DNA of 64,000 bases, taken from contig CALUMQ010000024.1 in assembly GCA_944321765.1 (NCBI GenBank), positions 40,514 through 104,513 of the forward strand, in the 5' to 3' direction. The stretch is from an uncultured Alistipes sp. (lineage in GTDB: Bacteria > Bacteroidota > Bacteroidia > Bacteroidales > Rikenellaceae). Under the pieces are notes generated by a model. The model was not told where the DNA came from. It made no database searches and saw only the letters and a list, made by a program, of their open reading frames with translations. The translations under genes and the position numbers were made by a program. This document shows, one piece after another, positions 59,972 to 64,000 of this stretch (position 1 is its first letter; the number at the start of each line of letters is the position of its first letter).

Positions 59972-60970
59972 CTACCGCCTCAACGGATTGGCGGCAACAC
60001 CTTCATTTGTAATAACGATCGGCAGGATCCGGCCCTGCTCGTCGAAATGCATCTCGTCGATGCACACTACGCGGTCGTTCGGATCCGTACTTCCGACCGG
60101 ATGCCGATGGTAAACGCAGTAATAGCGGCCCGAACGGGGTTCAAAGATCACCGAGTGGTGTCCGGCGCCGGTCCCGATGGCAGGATCCGACTGCAGGACC
60201 ACGCCGATACGCTTGAACGGACCCAACGGATTGTCGGCAATGGCATATGCCACACGGTAGTTGTCGGCACCCCAGTCACCCTCCGACCACATAAAGTAGT
60301 AGCGGCCGTCGCGGATGAAGAGGAACGGACCTTCGACATAATCTTCGGGCGTCACCTCGCGGAAGAGCGATCCGTCCTCGAAGGGGACAAAACCCGTAAA
60401 GTCATCGCGGAGCTTCCCGACATTGCAATGGCGCCACCCGCCGTAATAGAGGTAACAGGTGCCGTCCTGATCGCGGAAGACGAACTGGTCGATGGGTTGC
60501 GCCCCGTTGATAATGCGGTCGATCAACGGTTTGCCCAGCAGATCCTTGTAGGGGCCCTGCGGCCGTTTGGCAACGGCAACGCCGATACCGCCCTCTCCGT
60601 CCCGATGGATATCGTTGGCTCCGAAGAAGAAGTAGTACTTCCGCCCCTTCTTCAGAATGGCCGGAGCCCACATCGCCCGCCGGGCCCACTTCACCTCCGC
60701 CGTGTCGATGATACGTTCGTGGCGGGTCCACGTCACCAGATCCGGAGACGAGAAGGCGTCGAACGACACCTGCTCGTCAAAAGGTTCCGAACAGGTGGGG
60801 AATATCCAGTATCGGTCACCGAAGATGGCTCCTTCGGGATCGGCATACCGCCCCGGGAAAACAGGATTTCCCGCAGCGGAAGAGCCGGAAGATCCGGCAA
60901 CGTGCGTCTGTGCGGAGCATACGCCCAGACTGGCGCACACAAGCCATAGGGACAGCAGGCTTTTCATCAT
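59972..60970 (-). CDS. GH43 glycoside hydrolase
   Basis: Signal peptide; NPVF..ADP, WAP, IDQ, EGPF, GHHS five-bladed propeller motifs. Confidence 0.9.
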   Translation of the reverse strand: MMKSLLSLWLVCASLGVCSAQTHVAGSSGSSAAGNPVFPGRYADPEGAIFGDRYWIFPTCSEPFDEQVSFDAFSSPDLVTWTRHERIIDTAEVKWARRAMWAPAILKKGRKYYFFFGANDIHRDGEGGIGVAVAKRPQGPYKDLLGKPLIDRIINGAQPIDQFVFRDQDGTCYLYYGGWRHCNVGKLRDDFTGFVPFEDGSLFREVTPEDYVEGPFLFIRDGRYYFMWSEGDWGADNYRVAYAIADNPLGPFKRIGVVLQSDPAIGTGAGHHSVIFEPRSGRYYCVYHRHPVGSTDPNDRVVCIDEMHFDEQGRILPIVITNEGVAANPLRR

Positions 60971-61208
60971 AAGGGGTGTCGAATCAATTTTGAGAGGTCA
61001 GAGTCTCTGTTCGAAGCACTCCGCGCCATGCGACGCGGAGCTCCGAAGACTTGGGTTTGGGTTTGAGGTTTAGGAGTCGGGGCAGCTCGAAAAGGATCCG
61101 AGACCCGGATTCGGCCGACGTGTGCCCGGGTCCGCCACGGAGTGCAGGCGTTGCGGGTTTGTCCGCGACACCTGCATCCGGCGGATCGAGCGGCAGGTCG
61201 TTCCGAAT

Positions 61209-63074
61209 TTATTTGATGATGGGAGCCAGCGACTTGGACGAGAGGACCCCGTTATCCTTCACATAGGGCCACTGGTCTTCGTCCCAGAGCAGCTGCTCAA
61301 GCATGACATAACGACCACGGTCAGCTTCGGCCTTGACGTATCCGTGGAGGATCATCCACGCCTGACCCGCATCGTCCTGCTGGATGATGGAGTTGTGGCC
61401 CGTTCCCACGAAGTTGCCATCACCCGAGATAAGAATCTCGTGCCGGTTGTCGAGCATCCGCCCGCCATCCTTGTCCACATAGGGGCCGAAGAGACTCTTC
61501 GAACGTCCCACGACCGTCTGATAGGTACTGTTGGCACCCTCGCAGCACGAACCGATCGAGGCAAAGAGGTAATACCAGTCCCCGCGTTTGTAGATGCAGG
61601 TTCCTTCGTAGGCATTGCCGGCCACCTGCTGCTTGAAGACCGGCGTACCGTCGTTGTTATACTTCACGCGCAGTCCGTCATCGGTCAACTCGACAACATA
61701 GATTCCGAAGAAGCTGCCCCAGAAGAGATACTTCTTGCCGTTCTCCTCGAAGTAGAACTGGTCGATGGAGTTCTCCACACCCAGCCCCAGGGCATCGATC
61801 ACCTGACCCTGATCGGTGAACGGTCCCAGCGGGCTGTCGGACGTAGCCACACCCACTTCACTGTTCCAGTGATTGCCCCAGATAGCCCAGGAGTAGTAGA
61901 GTGTATATTTGCCGTTGATATAGCGGATCTCGGGAGCCCAGAGGCTGTGATTCCCCTTCCATGTCGGACGCGTGGCATCCGTGAAGACCGTATTCTTGAA
62001 GGTCCAGTTCACCAGGTCCTTCGACTGATAAATCGGCATGTTGTAGGTATCCTCCGTTCCATAGAGATAGTAGTAACCGTCCTGGGCCCGGATCACCGTC
62101 GGATCGGGGACACTCGTCCGGATGATGGGATTCGTATAGAAAGTCTTCCCGACAACCAGATGCCCCACCGTAGTATCGTACTCGATACCCTGCTCGGCGG
62201 GACCGTCGACCTGAAAGAACAGCACGTAGGATCCCGTGCCCATGGCCGCCTTGTTGAAGGTGATGGCGGCACTCGAGGTGCGATCCCCGGCGTCGTAATG
62301 CGCCGAGCCCACCGTATAGGCCTCGGCCGGCAGCAGTTCATAACCGGTTCCGTGTGCATTGTTGTACTCCTCGAGGAGTGCAGCGGCATTTTCGGGAACC
62401 TTGAACGTATAATCGAGTGTTCCGGTACTCTCCGCAGCGGAAGATCCGCGCATCAGTCGCGTGGCAACCTGGGTAACGGTCGATTCATCCTCGACATAGA
62501 CCGTTCCGTAATCCGCCGAGAGCAGCTGCAGCGACGGAATGTAGAGCGAAACCGTGAAGAGCACCTCGCTGCGGATACTCTCGACAGAAGCATCGGAACT
62601 CGTCAGACGCAGCGGCAGGACATATTTGGTCGATGTACCTATCGTCTTCTGGAGTTCCCGGCTCCTGAACGTTACGGAGACATCGGCAGAGGTCTTTCCC
62701 CCGGCCACGCTTTCGATCGACGAAAGCGTATAGGTACTGGCCGGAAGCATGAGATAATCGGTGCCTTTCTGCTCGTTGTAGGCGGTCAGCTCTTCGTCCG
62801 TCCACGGAGCGAGCACAAAGGAGAGATCCGATGCGGCGGTCTTACCCCCGACACACTGCACCTGCAGATCCTGCACGAAATCGGTCGACAGATCCTTGAT
62901 CGACACGCCCAGAATACCCGTCTTGGAGAGCTGCAGTACAACCTCTCCCGACGAGTCGCCACCTCCGTCCCCGGGCTCTCCGCCCGAAGGAGTTGTGCCA
63001 TTATCATCGTTTCCACAGCACACGGCAGCCAGGAAAAGGAACATGGTAAAGAAATAGAACGTAGGTTTTTTCAT
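61209..63074 (-). CDS. Lipoprotein with two DUF1735/BT_3987-like domains and C-terminal GH43 domain
   Basis: AVCC lipobox; two LxxYNxxxGTxYxxLP repeats; NPII..PDP, WAPEI, SIDQ, YEG, GHNS. Confidence 0.85.
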   Translation of the reverse strand: MKKPTFYFFTMFLFLAAVCCGNDDNGTTPSGGEPGDGGGDSSGEVVLQLSKTGILGVSIKDLSTDFVQDLQVQCVGGKTAASDLSFVLAPWTDEELTAYNEQKGTDYLMLPASTYTLSSIESVAGGKTSADVSVTFRSRELQKTIGTSTKYVLPLRLTSSDASVESIRSEVLFTVSLYIPSLQLLSADYGTVYVEDESTVTQVATRLMRGSSAAESTGTLDYTFKVPENAAALLEEYNNAHGTGYELLPAEAYTVGSAHYDAGDRTSSAAITFNKAAMGTGSYVLFFQVDGPAEQGIEYDTTVGHLVVGKTFYTNPIIRTSVPDPTVIRAQDGYYYLYGTEDTYNMPIYQSKDLVNWTFKNTVFTDATRPTWKGNHSLWAPEIRYINGKYTLYYSWAIWGNHWNSEVGVATSDSPLGPFTDQGQVIDALGLGVENSIDQFYFEENGKKYLFWGSFFGIYVVELTDDGLRVKYNNDGTPVFKQQVAGNAYEGTCIYKRGDWYYLFASIGSCCEGANSTYQTVVGRSKSLFGPYVDKDGGRMLDNRHEILISGDGNFVGTGHNSIIQQDDAGQAWMILHGYVKAEADRGRYVMLEQLLWDEDQWPYVKDNGVLSSKSLAPIIK

Positions 63075-63211
63075 CTTCTTATTTTATTAATCTGGTTCAT
63101 CAGCTCATCGGATTTGTGAGAGACGCGGATAACGTGAATGCACGTTATGCAAATCCCGTTATCCGCGCTCATAAGGCCAATCAAGGGCCAATCCTTTTCG
63201 GACAGATCCCG

Positions 63212-64000
63212 TTATTCAACGGTCGTGTCATCCCCGGTTCCTTCGCCGTCGCCGGAATCACTGCCCTCGACGTAAGGTTCGCCGTCAACTTCAGCCACAA
63301 CCTTCACATACAACTCGCCGACACCAGCATACTGCAGGCTGTTGTCATGTCCCTCATTACCCTCGGGCAGCGGTTCGCGGCCCACGAATTTCAGGAAGCG
63401 GCCCTTCGAGGCCCCCGTCGTACGAGCACCGTTGAGATCGGCAATCGACCAGAACTCGTCCGTCGTACGCTCCGTACTGATCGTGCAGACATGCACCCAG
63501 TTGTTCTCGTTCACGGCACTGTAGTTCAGAGCAGGGCCCCCCTCACGCATCGAGGTAAACTTGAACTCCGGATCATTCGAGATATAAATGTCCGCGGTCT
63601 TGGTCTGCGCCCACTGGATCTGTGCACGGTGCTGCATACCCACCTCGGAGACATAATATTCGCGTCCCATGTCGACGACGAACGTCGGATAGTCACGGTT
63701 TCCGGCAATGAAGATATAATCGTCGCTCAGGAAACGGCGGGAACCCTCGCTGAACATGTCGCCCACGCCGTTCTGCTCCTTGTAGGTCATGAACTCCAGC
63801 CCGTAGTCGCACCAGTCGTTTCCACGACCGTGATCGTTCCACCAGGTATCCTGGCCGTCCCACCACTGATACCACGAAGCCCAGAAGGTTTCAGTGTTGC
63901 CATCCAGAATATTGGTGATGATACCGTCGCTGTTCCACACGCCCATATCGCTGTTGCAGAATACAATGCGCCAGTCGCTACGGTCTACCTTATCGGAGGA
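63212..64000 (-). CDS. PUL protein C-terminus with F5/8 type C (discoidin/CBM32-like) domain (5' truncated)
   Basis: Frame open to window end (DRSDWRIVFCNSD); NILDGNTETFWAS, FVVDMG, KGRFLKF, GELYV. Confidence 0.72.
   Translation of the reverse strand, partial: SSDKVDRSDWRIVFCNSDMGVWNSDGIITNILDGNTETFWASWYQWWDGQDTWWNDHGRGNDWCDYGLEFMTYKEQNGVGDMFSEGSRRFLSDDYIFIAGNRDYPTFVVDMGREYYVSEVGMQHRAQIQWAQTKTADIYISNDPEFKFTSMREGGPALNYSAVNENNWVHVCTISTERTTDEFWSIADLNGARTTGASKGRFLKFVGREPLPEGNEGHDNSLQYAGVGELYVKVVAEVDGEPYVEGSDSGDGEGTGDDTTVE

Noticed and set aside
1-64000. tRNA, rRNA, riboswitch, IS, prophage or defence genes
   Set aside because: No cloverleaf/T-loop signature, transposase, integrase, nuclease or RT motif recognised by eye; a tRNAscan/Infernal/DefenseFinder run would confirm

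Overview
High-GC Bacteroidota chromosomal segment, most consistent with Alistipes/Rikenellaceae (inferred from gene content, TAnnTTTG promoter boxes and GC-rich codons). The left end (1-9.9 kb) is the tail of a polysaccharide utilization locus (PUL): SusC, SusD, a LamG lipoprotein, a GH38-like and a GH92 alpha-mannosidase. The right end (57.5-64 kb, minus strand) is the tail of a second PUL: an F5/8C-type protein, two GH43 and a GH3. Between them is mostly core housekeeping: ftsY-rimO, zapB-like/zapA/6S RNA/rny, gcvT, REC-PPDK_N plus gdhA, pgi/gpsA, mreBCD-mrdA-rodA, a Ca2+ P-type ATPase, yebC, a tsaC-like gene, cca, pdxJ, nadK, uppS-bamA-skp-skp, tamL and dapF. I found no tRNA, rRNA, CRISPR array, transposase, integrase or phage gene, and cannot claim a clear-cut novel system. 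The best leads are: (1) the orphan receiver/PEP-synthase-like protein beside gdhA; (2) a flavodoxin-fold gene pair with the Fe-S and FMN motifs split between the partners; (3) a PAP2 phosphatase fused to a probable outer-membrane barrel; (4) recurrent G/purine-rich degenerate microsatellites, some G-quadruplex-like, just after stop codons; (5) long intergenic hairpins inside the PULs. All protein calls come from motif recognition by eye, not database searches.
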